This document shows, one piece after another, positions 50,752 to 61,615 of a stretch of 64,000 nt of DNA. Below the pieces are notes generated by a model, which was given only the letters and a program-made list of their open reading frames with translations, searched no databases and was not told where the DNA came from. A program made the translations under genes and the position numbers. The stretch is from Atribacteria bacterium SCGC AAA255-G05 (GTDB lineage: Bacteria > Atribacterota > Phoenicimicrobiia > Phoenicimicrobiales > Phoenicimicrobiaceae), in NCBI GenBank assembly GCA_000405605.1, contig ASPA01000002.1, positions 16,998 to 80,997 of the forward strand, given 5' to 3'. How positions within the stretch are numbered: the stretch's first letter is position 1; each line of letters begins with the position of its first letter.

Positions 50752-51666
50752 TTAATTGATAACTCTTTGACGATTTTTAATAACCTCCTTGTCTTTACAA
50801 CAGTTATATTCTATTTGGATGGTAGTGTGATTTATTCCAAATTCATTAGTTAATATTGAATTTATATTACTCCGTATTTTTTCAACTTTGCTTAAATTTA
50901 TATCTTGTTTAATATCTACATGGCCTTCAAAAAGAAATTCCTTATCATTTATTTGCCATAAATGAACATGGTGTAAATTATCTACTTCCGGAATTTTTTC
51001 TACTATTTCTTTGATCTTTAAAATATCAATATGAGCAGGTGTTTTTTCCATTAAAATATCTATACTTTGTTTCAAAATATCAAATCCCTCTTTTAGAACA
51101 TAAGAGCCAATAATAAAAGTTAAAATTGGGTCGATTATGGTTATATTAAAATAATATATTAATATTCCACCAATGGTTACTCCTAAAGAAGAAAGAGAAT
51201 CTGAAAATAGATGTACATAAGCTGATCTAATATTTATATTGTCTTTTGAGCCAGACTTTAATAGAAATACAGAAATTGTATTTGCAACAAGTCCAACAAG
51301 AGCAACAGTAATCATAATTTTACTTTCTATATTTTGAGGGTGTTGTATCCTTAAGTAGGCTTCTTTAAATAGGAAAAAAGATATTATTATAAGAAAAGAA
51401 GAATTAAATAGGGCAGCTAAAATTTCTGCTCTTTTGTAACCAAAAGTATTTTTTGGGGTATTTTCTCTTTTACTTAATCTTAAGGCAATAAAAGTTACAA
51501 TTACGGAAATTCCATCACTAAAATTGTGAAGTGCATCAGATAGAAGAGAAAGACTTCCAGATAATAAGCCACCTATTACCTCTACCAAAGTAATTATAAA
51601 ATTCAAAACCATAGTAATTATTAAATTATTTTCTTTAAAATGGTTATGTGTATGATGAGAACTCAT
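50752..51666 (-). CDS. Cation diffusion facilitator (CzcD/ZitB-like) metal efflux transporter.
   Basis: His-rich N-terminus 'MSSHHTHNHF', six transmembrane segments, and 'HxxxD'-type sites ('LSDALHNFSD', 'HLFSD'). Confidence 0.85.
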   Translation of the reverse strand: MSSHHTHNHFKENNLIITMVLNFIITLVEVIGGLLSGSLSLLSDALHNFSDGISVIVTFIALRLSKRENTPKNTFGYKRAEILAALFNSSFLIIISFFLFKEAYLRIQHPQNIESKIMITVALVGLVANTISVFLLKSGSKDNINIRSAYVHLFSDSLSSLGVTIGGILIYYFNITIIDPILTFIIGSYVLKEGFDILKQSIDILMEKTPAHIDILKIKEIVEKIPEVDNLHHVHLWQINDKEFLFEGHVDIKQDINLSKVEKIRSNINSILTNEFGINHTTIQIEYNCCKDKEVIKNRQRVIN

Positions 51667-51690
51667 TTCATCTTGCCCCTCTAATGTTTT

Positions 51691-51933
51691 TCATTTAGTT
51701 TTCTCTTCAATCCACTTAGCAATTTCTTCTTTACTGGGAATTTTGCCCGCCACCTTTACATTTTCATCAATGACTAAAGCTGGGGTAATCATAACCCCGT
51801 AATTGATAATTTTGTTAATATCTGTTACTTTAATAATTTCTGCTGGAACACTAAGTTCATTAATTACCTCTTCAGTTAGTTCGTTTAGTTTTTTACACTT
51901 CGGACAACCAGTTCCTAAAATTTCAATTTTCAT
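51691..51933 (-). CDS. Thioredoxin-family 'redox-active disulfide protein 2' (TIGR00412-like).
   Basis: 80 aa, 'ILGTGCPKCKKL'. It lies adjacent to a COG0701 permease, as is usual for this family. Confidence 0.7.
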   Translation of the reverse strand: MKIEILGTGCPKCKKLNELTEEVINELSVPAEIIKVTDINKIINYGVMITPALVIDENVKVAGKIPSKEEIAKWIEEKTK

Positions 51934-51971
51934 ACTAAATCCCTCCTTTCATCTTTATTTTATATATATTT

Positions 51972-53145
51972 TTAAAAAATATTGCCAAAAAGCATTCCGC
52001 TAAATGTTGCCATAGTTACTACCAAAAAGATAAATACTAAAGTTTTTTTAGTTCCTACAATGCTTCTGATAACTAACATATTTGGTAGGCTTAAGGCTGG
52101 ACCAGCCAGCAAAAGAGCTAAGGCCGGGCCTTTCCCCATACCTGCCCCCAACAATCCTTGCAAGATAGGAATCTCAGTAAGTGTAGCAAAATACATTAAA
52201 GCTCCAACTACCGAGGCAAATAAATTCGACCATATGCTATTTCCCCCAACTAAATTTTCAATCCATATTTTTGGAATTAATGCTTCGCTGCCTGGCCTGC
52301 CTAACAAAAAAACCAGCTACCAAAACCCCTCCTAACAAAAGAGGCAATATTTGTATGGCAAAACCCCAACTCGATTTTACCCATTGAATTCGTTCTTCCT
52401 TTTTAAACCACTTAATAACTATCCAGGACAAAATAATTAAAAGAATACCGGTGATAAACCACTTAAAATTATAAATTGTTTGCCAAATTTTAATTGATTC
52501 ATCTTTTCCCCAATTAGCAAAAATTAATATCCCTATCATAATTGCAAAATAAAATGTTGTCTGCCATAAAGGTCTATCCTCTTGCTCCACTTTCCCTATA
52601 GTTAAATTTTTATTGGCATTTAGGTTTTTCTTTTTCTCATCCTCAATAAAAATAAAATGCATAGATAGTCCGATAATTACAGAAAAAATAATAGCACCAA
52701 TGGCACGGGCTAAGCCTAACTCAAAACCTAAAACACGGGCAGTTAAGATAATTGCCAATACATTAATGGCCGGTCCGGAATAAAGAAATGCGGTCGCTGG
52801 TCCTATTCCTGCACCGCGTTTATAAATTCCGGCGAAAAGCGGTAAAACCGTACAGGAACAAACTGCCAAGATTGTGCCAGAAACAGAGGCGACAGTATAA
52901 CTTAAAAATTTATTTGCACCTGCTCCAAAGTATTTTATTACATTTTCTTGACTAATAAAATTAGCAATTGCCCCGGCAATAAAAAAAGCGGGAATCAAAC
53001 ACAATAATACGTGTTGGCGTGCATAATCCTGTGCCATTAATAGAGATTCTAATATTACCTGCGGCATTCTGTAATTGCTAAATGGTATAAAATAAAAGAA
53101 TATGAATACGGCGACTATAATGAAAATTTTTGTTTTTTCTTTCAT
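51972..53145 (-). CDS. COG0701/DUF318 permease (ArsP-like), split by a frameshift in an A7 homopolymer near 52300.
   Basis: ORF 52258..53145 ('CSCTVLPLFAGIYKRGAGIGPATAFLYSGP') and ORF 51972..52307 overlap by 50 nt in different frames. Together they reconstitute a two-half permease. Confidence 0.6.
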
Positions 53146-53379
53146 TGCTTTTTCTTAATACTCCTTTTAGAGGTACATGAATAAATTATCATATAAACAT
53201 ATTATTGTCAATATATTATATATAAAAACCAAAAAATTTTATATAAAAAGAGGATTTTTGCTATTTTTACAGTAAAGATAAAGTAAGATGTGGATTAATT
53301 AATTTAGTAGTAGAAATGCATCCTGCAGAAGGAAACAACGAATGAAAAGATAATAAAAGAAAGAAAGGTGTTTAGATCG

Positions 53380-53817
53380 ATGAATGAAGATAAAAAGTTA
53401 ATTGCTTATTGCGGACTTTATTGCGGAGATTGTGTTAATTACAAGGGAGAGATTGCAGATTTAGCCAGAGATTTGAGGAAAAAATTAAGACAAGAAAAGT
53501 TTGATCGAGTTTCTAAAGGATTATCTAAATACTTTAAGGAATTTAAAGATTATGAAAAGTGTTATGCGACTTTAGGGGCTATAGTTAGATTACGTTGCAG
53601 TAGAGTTTGTAGAGACGGAGGCGGACCTCCGTTTTGCAATATCAGGAAATGTTGCGAAAAAAAGAATATTCAAGGCTGCTGGGAATGTGAGGAATTTGAA
53701 ACTTGTACCAAATTAGATTTTCTAAAACCAATCCACGAAGATGCCCATATAAAAAATCTAAGGAAAATTAAAAAACAAGGAGCAGAGAAATTTCTTTCCG
53801 GAAAGAGATATTGGTAA
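53380..53817 (+). CDS. DUF3795-family Cys-rich protein.
   Basis: 'YCGLYCGDC' and 'CRDGGGPPFCNIRKCCEKKNIQGCWECEEFETC' motifs. ATG at 53380 follows AGAAAGGTG. Confidence 0.6.
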   Translation: MNEDKKLIAYCGLYCGDCVNYKGEIADLARDLRKKLRQEKFDRVSKGLSKYFKEFKDYEKCYATLGAIVRLRCSRVCRDGGGPPFCNIRKCCEKKNIQGCWECEEFETCTKLDFLKPIHEDAHIKNLRKIKKQGAEKFLSGKRYW

Positions 53818-53974
53818 AATGGTTGATAATCAAAGTCGCATTTATTAAACATAGGGCAAATCTATTTTGGAAAATCAGTCAACAAAAATTAAAACTCGAT
53901 TTATTGTAAATTATTTTGGGTTTGGTATAATATTGAAATATTAAAGAGTGTTACTTTTTTAGGAGAGATGTTTA

Positions 53975-54229
53975 ATGGTCAGTAATAATAAAAAACAAAC
54001 CGAATGGGCCGAAGCGAAAAAGAAATGTCGATTAAATGAAGAAACAATACAAATGGCTAAAGAGATGGGTTTAAACCCGAGAAGTCTAATAAAGAATATT
54101 CCGAGTAAGACACAAAAATGGAAGTCTCCTGTTCATGTTTGGATTCGGGAAATGTACCAAAAACGTCAGGAAAAAACCCTGAGGAAAAAGGCTTCGAAAA
54201 AGGATGCACAGGTTCATGTTGTAGGTTAG
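53975..54229 (+). CDS. Small basic hypothetical protein.
   Basis: 84 aa, with ribosome-binding site 'aggagagatgtttaATG'. No family recognised. Confidence 0.35.
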   Translation: MVSNNKKQTEWAEAKKKCRLNEETIQMAKEMGLNPRSLIKNIPSKTQKWKSPVHVWIREMYQKRQEKTLRKKASKKDAQVHVVG

Positions 54230-54823
54230 GTGAGTGAAAGAACCTCTCTTTCATTCTCAGTAGAAGGAGCAAAACAAAGTGATGCTGCTTCGGCAATTTC
54301 TTTTCTCCGCAAAACGTTAGTTGCAATTGGGCGGGCTCGCTCTCTAATTCCTTTCTTCCTAGGTTAAAAGCTTAATTTAAAAATAACAGGAACTATAGGA
54401 GTTTTAGTTAAGGCCAGGAAAAGGAATATAATTACTTCAACACAAGAAGTTTTAAATTCTATGATGTTATATGAAAGATTTAATCGGTAATTAGAAGCAC
54501 GTCTTAACATTTGGAATTCTGATTTGATGAATCAAATATCTTTCACTTTTTTCTATCACCAATCTGCTTTAAAATTTTATCTACTTTCCCTATAACCCTG
54601 TATATAGTAAAATAAAGAGAAGAAGTTATTTTTACATTAATATTACCACTAATTTAACATAAGTGACCAAAAACTTTTATATAAAAAGAGGATTTTTGCT
54701 TATTTTGTAGAATAAAGAGGTAAAGCTATTCTCAGATTGTTTTTACTGTCAATTATATAGTATCTTAATTTAAATGGTACAGATTAATGATTTTTAAAAA
54801 TAATAAAAAGGAGAAAAGTTATT

Positions 54824-56285
54824 ATGAAAAAGATATACAAAATTATGCTTGGTAGTTTAATTTGTCTTGCTTTAATAATACCAGGTAGTGTTAGTATGAT
54901 AGGGTTTGCTCAACAGCAAGATGTTTCTAAAATAAGCATTGAGGGTATCTGGGAGGGCCAATTAAAAGTTCCCGGAACGGAACTTAGAATTGTTTTTAAT
55001 ATTTCTAAGAATCAGGATGGAGCTCTGACTGCAACTTTAGATAGTCCTGACCAGGGAGTAACTGACATCCCGATAGAAGAAGTTATTTTTAAAGATAACA
55101 CTTTACACCTGGAAGTAAAATCTGCGGGAGGCATTTTTGAAGGGAAAGTCAATCAAGATTTTTTAGTCATTGAGGGAGAGTGGAAACAATCTGGACAGGC
55201 TTTACCCCTTACAATTAATCGGGTTGATAAAGCAGTGGAAATCCTTAGACCTCAGGAGCCAAAAAAACCTTATCCTTATATAGAAAAAAAAAGTAGCATA
55301 TACAAATTTAAAAGCAGGGGTAAAACTTGTCGGTATACTGATTTTGCCCTCCGATAAAGGGGTATTTCCGGCAGTTTTATTAATTACCGATTCCGGACCG
55401 CAGGACCGTGATGAAACTATATACGGTCATCATCCTTTTTTGGTATTAGCAGATTATCTGACTTGTCAGGGTATTGCAGTCCTTAGGGTAGATGATCGGG
55501 GAGTAGGAGAATCTACCGGAGATTTTTCTCAGGCTACCAGTGAAGACTTTGCTTCTGATGTGTTAGCAGGTATAGAATATCTTAAAACCTGTAAAGAAAT
55601 AGACGCCAAGAAGATAGGTCTTATCGGTCATAGTGAAGGTGGTTTAATTGCTCCCATGGTGGCGATAAAATCGTCGGATGTAGCCTTTATTGTATTAATG
55701 GCGGGGACAGGATTACCTGGAGAAGAAATTCTATATTTGCAGGGGGCTTTAATTTCCAGGGCAATGGGGATTAGCGAGGAAGATATTACCAAGAATCGTC
55801 AGCTTAATGAAAAGATATTTTCAGTAATAAAAGAGGAAAAAGATAAAAAAAATGCTGAAGAACGGCTTCGACAGATGTTTATGGAAGATTGGGAAAAAAT
55901 GAGCGATGAGGAAAAAGAAAAAATAAGTGACCCGGAAGTGTATCTTAATGCTCAGCTTCAGAGCTTATTAACTCCCTGGCTTAAGTTTTTTCTGACTTAT
56001 GATCCTAAACCAACTTTGAGTAAGGTCAAATGTCCGGTATTAGCCATAAATGGAGAGAAAGACCTTCAGGTACCACCCAAAGAAAATCTTAGTGCTATTG
56101 AAGAAGCCCTCAAAGTCGGTGGTAACCAAAATTATACTATTAAAGAATTACCCGGCCTTAATCATCTTTTCCAAACTTCTCAAACCGGAGTGCCTTCTGA
56201 ATATGCAAAAATCGAAGAAACAATTTCACCGGTGGCTTTAAAAATAATAGGCGATTGGGTTTTAGAACAAACCCGAGATAAATAA
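54824..56285 (+). CDS. Exported alpha/beta hydrolase (prolyl-oligopeptidase/dienelactone-hydrolase-like) with a +1 frameshift in an A9 run at 55283-55292.
   Basis: ORF 54824..55357 (signal peptide plus beta-rich N-terminal domain) continues in another frame as '…KLVGILILPSDKGVFPAVLLITDSGPQDRDE…GHSEGG'. Confidence 0.65.
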
Positions 56286-56299
56286 TGGGGTAGATTATT

Positions 56300-56896
56300 T
56301 TGTTTTATATTATTGCCAAATTTATTTTTTTAATTATTTTTAAATTTTTCTTTAGGCTTAAAGTAATCGGTCAAGAAAATATACCCCAGAATGGCCCGTT
56401 TATTATTGTTGCCAATCATTCGAGTTTATTGGACCCGATTATTCTGGGAATATCTATTAAACCTAAAATTATTTTTGTAGCTGCTGCCTATCTTTTTGAA
56501 ATAGGTTGGCTTGGTTATTTATTGCGGAAGGCTAATTCTATCCCGATTCATAGGGAAAACTATACAGATAATATTGAATCTATAAAACAAGCTTTGAAAA
56601 TATTACAGAAAGGAGGAGTTTTGGGAATTTTTCCTGAAGGAGGAGTTGACCGTCAAAAAAATAATTTACCCATTAAAGCCGGAGCCGCTTTTTTAGCTAC
56701 CAGTGTAGGTGTTCCTATTGTTCCCATAAGAATTAAGGGAGCAGATAAAGCTTTACCGAGGGGAGCAAAATTTATCAAAAGCTTAAGCAAAATTGAAGTG
56801 GAAATTAAGAAACCGATTTACTGTTCAAGGCAGACTCATAAGGATAAAGAAATTATTAAAAGGGTAGTAGAATCTTATATAAAAGAGATATATTAA
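56300..56896 (+). CDS. plsC: 1-acyl-sn-glycerol-3-phosphate acyltransferase (PlsC family).
   Basis: 'NHSSLLDP' (HxxxxD) and 'FPEGG' motifs. Confidence 0.75.
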   Translation: MFYIIAKFIFLIIFKFFFRLKVIGQENIPQNGPFIIVANHSSLLDPIILGISIKPKIIFVAAAYLFEIGWLGYLLRKANSIPIHRENYTDNIESIKQALKILQKGGVLGIFPEGGVDRQKNNLPIKAGAAFLATSVGVPIVPIRIKGADKALPRGAKFIKSLSKIEVEIKKPIYCSRQTHKDKEIIKRVVESYIKEIY

Positions 56897-56913
56897 AATA
56901 GGGTTGAAAAAAT

Positions 56914-57567
56914 ATGGTTCTAAGAGTATTAATAATGATTTTTTTTGTTATTGTTGCTGTTGGAGATGTTTTTGCCGTAAAGTATGACAAGACAAAATTA
57001 AGATATTTTACTAAAACATTATTGGTTCCTTTGCTTACTCTTTTTTATATAATAAGTGTGGCTAACCTGAATGGGGTGATTTTATCTGCTTTAATTTGTT
57101 GCTTTTTGGGAGATTTTTTCTTATTGTGGTCTCAGAGAAAGACTTTTTTTATAGCAGGGTTACTATCTTTTCTTATGGGACATATTTTTTACACTATAGC
57201 CTTTTTGCAAACTACTTATTTTTTATCCGGTATTCCTAAATGGTTTTATTTTTCTTTGCTCCCCTATATCTGGTATGGAATATTTATTCTAAAAAAACTC
57301 AATCCTTATCTTTACTCTATGAAGGTACCGGTGATTGTTTATCTAAATGTTATTCTTATAATGAGTTTCGCTAGTTTTAGTCGGATTTGGGCATTAAAAG
57401 GATTATCATTCTGGTTACCTTTTGTAGGTTCAATTTTCTTTATAGCTTCTGATTCATTGTTAGCTTTTCGTAATTTTAAAGTTAAGTTATCAAGAGGCTG
57501 GTTATCTATAATGATAACTTATATTCTCGCTCAATTGCTAATTATTTTTGGTTTTTTATGTGTATAA
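56914..57567 (+). CDS. Polytopic membrane protein (YhhN/lysoplasmalogenase-like, tentative).
   Basis: Seven to eight transmembrane helices, 217 aa. The family call is weak. Confidence 0.45.
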   Translation: MVLRVLIMIFFVIVAVGDVFAVKYDKTKLRYFTKTLLVPLLTLFYIISVANLNGVILSALICCFLGDFFLLWSQRKTFFIAGLLSFLMGHIFYTIAFLQTTYFLSGIPKWFYFSLLPYIWYGIFILKKLNPYLYSMKVPVIVYLNVILIMSFASFSRIWALKGLSFWLPFVGSIFFIASDSLLAFRNFKVKLSRGWLSIMITYILAQLLIIFGFLCV

Positions 57568-57643
57568 ATTTTATACATATTTTTCAAAATAAAAAGGAAT
57601 TTCTTCTTTTTTGTCGAATTCTTTTATTAAGGGAGGGAAAATT

Positions 57644-58333
57644 ATGTCAAAACATATTGGAATAGTTGGATGTAGTGCAGAAGGTGCAGCTCTTTGTTAT
57701 CGTACAATCTGTAAGGAAGGAACAAATTTATTGGGAAGGCACGCTCACCCGGAGGTTACCATGCACACTTTCCCCTTAAGTGAATATATGCGGTATATCG
57801 AAAAGGGAGATTGGGAAGGAGTGGCAGATTTAATGTTATCTTCGGTATCTAAGTTGGCAAAAGTGGGAGCAGATTTTGCTATATGCCCTGATAACACCAT
57901 ACACCAGGCATTCGATCTAGTGGTCAAGGAATCACGAATTCCCTGGCTTCACATTGCACAGGAAGTTGCCGCTGAAGCAAAACAAAAAGATTATAAATGC
58001 TTGGGGATTTTAGGCACACGATATTTAATGGAGGGCCCGGTCTATCCTGACAAGATTACTGCGTTTGGCATTAAATATATGATACCCGAAGTAAAAGACA
58101 GAGAGAAAATCAATAAGATAATTTTTGAGGAATTAGTTAATGCTTGTTTTACTTCAGAAGCGCTTACTTATTTTCAGGGAGTCATCGATGAATTAAAAAA
58201 TAAAGGGTGTGACGCGGTTGTTCTTGGTTGTACTGAAATACCGCTATTAGTAACTCAAGAGAATTCATCTCTACCTATACTTGATTCTACCAGACTCCTG
58301 GCAAGAGCAGCTTTAAAAGAAGCAACAAGATAA
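57644..58333 (+). CDS. Aspartate/glutamate/hydantoin racemase family (aspartate racemase-like).
   Basis: 'GIVGCSAEGAALCY' and 'VLGCTEIPLL' two-cysteine racemase motifs. ATG at 57644 follows GGGAGGG. Confidence 0.75.
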   Translation: MSKHIGIVGCSAEGAALCYRTICKEGTNLLGRHAHPEVTMHTFPLSEYMRYIEKGDWEGVADLMLSSVSKLAKVGADFAICPDNTIHQAFDLVVKESRIPWLHIAQEVAAEAKQKDYKCLGILGTRYLMEGPVYPDKITAFGIKYMIPEVKDREKINKIIFEELVNACFTSEALTYFQGVIDELKNKGCDAVVLGCTEIPLLVTQENSSLPILDSTRLLARAALKEATR

Positions 58334-58362
58334 AATCTTTATTAAGGAGGAAAATAAGATAG

Positions 58363-59091
58363 ATGAATAAAATTAATTTAAAAGAAAAAATAGAAGTTTT
58401 GAATATGCACAGAATTGCCTTTGCGGTAGTTTTATTTATCTTATTAATTGTGATAGCCAGTATTCTTTTATTAATCTGGTGGCCGGCAAAACCATCATTA
58501 GCAGAAATAACTAATTCCTGGGTCGCTTTAATAATAGTGTATCTGGTTCTTAGTATATTATTATTTGATAAGCCCATTTATAAGTTCTTTGAAGAATTTA
58601 TTACTGCTAAAAAATTAGGGCAACACGATTCTCAACAGTCAAGACAAGAACAATTTCTCGGTTTAGTTTCAGACATTAACATTGGCGATTTAACCCATTA
58701 TTACGATTTCAGGCAGGACAATATATTAAATAAAGAAATTCAAGATGCAAACTCCGCCCTTTTAAGAGAAGAAGAGATGGCTAAACATATTCGAAAATTG
58801 CAAAAGGAAAACATTAGATGGCGATTTCTCTATGCTGATACCTATCTGGTCTTATACGCAAAATATGTTTTATTCTGGCTTCATAAATCCAAATTGGTAA
58901 ACCGAGAAGAATTTGATAACATATGGCAGTCTAAAATATCTGACCCCGAAGAACGGGAGGCCATACTAGACGCCCTCCTTGATTTAGAATTTATTCGGCG
59001 GGAAGAGGAAGGGGATACTTTTTCTATTACTGAATTAGGCTCAGCTTATGTAAATTATCTGAAAGAAATGGATAAACAAATAAGCTATTAA
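58363..59091 (+). CDS. Hypothetical membrane protein (two transmembrane segments plus a cytoplasmic coiled-coil region).
   Basis: Ribosome-binding site AAGGAGG. No family recognised. Confidence 0.5.
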   Translation: MNKINLKEKIEVLNMHRIAFAVVLFILLIVIASILLLIWWPAKPSLAEITNSWVALIIVYLVLSILLFDKPIYKFFEEFITAKKLGQHDSQQSRQEQFLGLVSDINIGDLTHYYDFRQDNILNKEIQDANSALLREEEMAKHIRKLQKENIRWRFLYADTYLVLYAKYVLFWLHKSKLVNREEFDNIWQSKISDPEEREAILDALLDLEFIRREEEGDTFSITELGSAYVNYLKEMDKQISY

Positions 59092-59186
59092 GAATAACGG
59101 TTATTGCGAACTGGTTTTTAAGATTGAAAGATTAACGGAATCAATTATAAGATAAAATTTTTTAGGATTATCAAAGGGGGGGTGTT

Positions 59187-60359
59187 TTGGTGAGAGTTTC
59201 AATAGGGATAATAACTAAAGATTTTAATTCTTTAGAGCCCATAGATGAATTTTTAGAAAATGCTTCAAAACATAATCATAAAATTTACAGTGTAATAATT
59301 GTGTATTCCCATGGCTGTGATTTTCGATTGGTAGAAAGTTTAGAAAAAAAAGTCAAAGTCTTTTTGATAAAAATAAATGATGCTCCGGAGATTAAGCGCC
59401 AACTAACAAAGATGGGATTATCTACAGAAAATATAGAAATTTTACTCAATTGCCCCACCTTAAAAAAATATGGAAAAGTGCCTTATGGTTTGAATAGAAA
59501 TTATGCCTTAATCAAGGCTTTGTTGAGCGGTTTAGAAGCATTAATTTTTGTAGATACTGATGTTTATCCCAGAGTATTGGCAAAAGAAAACGATGAAGTA
59601 AAAGAAAAAAAGATAGATTTTATCGGAAGGCATTTAGAATATCTAAGGAAAGAAGAAGTTATTATTACCACCAGCGATTACTCCGGTTATTACATTATTC
59701 CTCCCATGAGCTTTACCGGGATGAAGGAATTATTTATTGGCTTACAAAAAGAGAAAGCTTATGAATTTTTAAAAAATTCCGACGAACATAATTGCCTGAG
59801 TTTAGATAATGACAGCAAGCGAAAAATATTTGAAACATATAAGATATTAGGAGGAAATGTAGCTATCAAGTTAAATGCTTTTAAAGAATTGCCACCCTTT
59901 TTTTCTACGGTGTATAATGTAAATGGTGAATATGTTCTATCTCGCGGAGAGGATACCCTCCTGGGAATTAAATTAAAAAAGAGCGATAAAAAATGTATCG
60001 ATATAGATACCAAAATATTTCATAATACCTTTGGGAATTACCCCGAGGTACCGGATATAAAAAAAGATAAATCCATAAAAGATAGATTTTATTTTACCTG
60101 CCTGGGCTGGATTGGACGGAATCCTTTTCTTAATTGGCTAAAAGGTGAGGATGTAGAAGAGGTAAAAAATAGACAGAAGAAAAATATAATTATCGGCTCC
60201 AAAGCCGTGTCCTCCTATCTTAATGATGAGAGATTTTTAATCTTACCCGAAGCCTTGGAAATATCTTACCAGAATTTAGAACGGGTAATTAGTGAATACA
60301 AAAATACTATGAGGGCCTGGAATGATTTTATCAAAAAATTAGAGAAATGGGGAGGGTAA
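59187..60359 (+). CDS. Hypothetical GT-A-like protein (DxD 'VDTDVYP').
   Basis: GTG start after AAAGGGGGG. The architecture resembles the N-terminal region of 61616..63364. Confidence 0.5.
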   Translation: MVRVSIGIITKDFNSLEPIDEFLENASKHNHKIYSVIIVYSHGCDFRLVESLEKKVKVFLIKINDAPEIKRQLTKMGLSTENIEILLNCPTLKKYGKVPYGLNRNYALIKALLSGLEALIFVDTDVYPRVLAKENDEVKEKKIDFIGRHLEYLRKEEVIITTSDYSGYYIIPPMSFTGMKELFIGLQKEKAYEFLKNSDEHNCLSLDNDSKRKIFETYKILGGNVAIKLNAFKELPPFFSTVYNVNGEYVLSRGEDTLLGIKLKKSDKKCIDIDTKIFHNTFGNYPEVPDIKKDKSIKDRFYFTCLGWIGRNPFLNWLKGEDVEEVKNRQKKNIIIGSKAVSSYLNDERFLILPEALEISYQNLERVISEYKNTMRAWNDFIKKLEKWGG

Positions 60360-60362
60360 AAA

Positions 60363-61556
60363 ATGAAAATATTAATAATAAACCATTTCCCCCTGGAGGG
60401 TTCGGGGAGTGGGGTTTACACTAAAAACTTAGCAAAAGAGCTAACCGAAATTGGGCATAAGGTTAAAGTTATATTTCCGGAAAATCGAAAGGTACCACGA
60501 GAAATTTTTGAAATGAGACCGATAATGTTTAAAGATGACAACACTAAAGATTATGAAATTGATTTTAATTTTCCCTGTTTTACCAGTCATCCCCGAAGCA
60601 ATACCACTTTTTATCAATTAAATAAAAAACAGATGAGAGACTATATTGATATAATGGTTAGGGTTACCCAAGAAGAGGCAGATAAATTTAAACCTGATAT
60701 TATTCACGCCCAGCATCTCTGGATTACCCCTTATGCTGCCCAAAAGACCGGTCTTCCTTATGTGGTAACAGTACACGGTACAGACCTGAAAGGATTTAAG
60801 CAAGACAAAAGATATCATACTTACGCCTTAAAAGGTGCTCAAAATGCTCGAAAAGTTATTACCATATCAAAACAAGTAGACAGAGAAACCAAGGAACTTT
60901 ACCATATAGGGGACGAGAAAAGAAAAATCGTCTATAACGGATATGATACTAAACTTTTTAAAGTAAACAATGTTTCCCGAAAGGAAGCTTTAGAGAGGTT
61001 TGGCATAAATGAGATACCGGATTATATTGTTTCTTTTGCCGGGAAATTAGCCCATTTTAAAGGGGTAGACATATTGTTAAAAGCTGCTAAAATATATGAA
61101 AACCAGATGAATAAAAAAGTCATGACCTTAATTGCCGGCAATGGGGTATTATATGATGAATTAAATAAACTTAAAAAATTTTTAGAGCTAAAAAATACCT
61201 TTTTCCTGGGACATGTAAGCCAGGAGCAGCTTACTGATTTATATAATATTGCTGATGTAAGCGTCGTGCCTTCCAGGAATGAACCTTTTGGATTGGTAGC
61301 TATTGAGGCTTTAGCCTGCGGCACCCCGGTAGTAGGCACCAATCAGGGAGGGTTACCTGATTTTATCAATGAAGATATCGGTGCCCTGGTCGATGTGGAT
61401 GATGATATTGCTCTGGCTGAAGCTATAATTAACGAGCTGGTAAGACCTGATAAAAATGTTAGAAGAAAACGGGCACATAAATATGCGGTTAATAATTTTT
61501 CCTGGGAAAATACCATTAAGGAAGTAGAAAAAATATATAAGGAAGTAATATTTTAA
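60363..61556 (+). CDS. Glycosyltransferase family 4 (GT-B, 'glycosyl transferases group 1').
   Basis: 'HAQHLW', 'GTDL' and the C-terminal 'VVPSRNEPFGLVAIEALACGTPVV' with EX7E. Confidence 0.8.
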   Translation: MKILIINHFPLEGSGSGVYTKNLAKELTEIGHKVKVIFPENRKVPREIFEMRPIMFKDDNTKDYEIDFNFPCFTSHPRSNTTFYQLNKKQMRDYIDIMVRVTQEEADKFKPDIIHAQHLWITPYAAQKTGLPYVVTVHGTDLKGFKQDKRYHTYALKGAQNARKVITISKQVDRETKELYHIGDEKRKIVYNGYDTKLFKVNNVSRKEALERFGINEIPDYIVSFAGKLAHFKGVDILLKAAKIYENQMNKKVMTLIAGNGVLYDELNKLKKFLELKNTFFLGHVSQEQLTDLYNIADVSVVPSRNEPFGLVAIEALACGTPVVGTNQGGLPDFINEDIGALVDVDDDIALAEAIINELVRPDKNVRRKRAHKYAVNNFSWENTIKEVEKIYKEVIF

Positions 61557-61615
61557 CCAAGTAAAGATAATATTAGGAAAAATTATTTACACAAAGGAGA
61601 AGGAGAAAGAAAATT

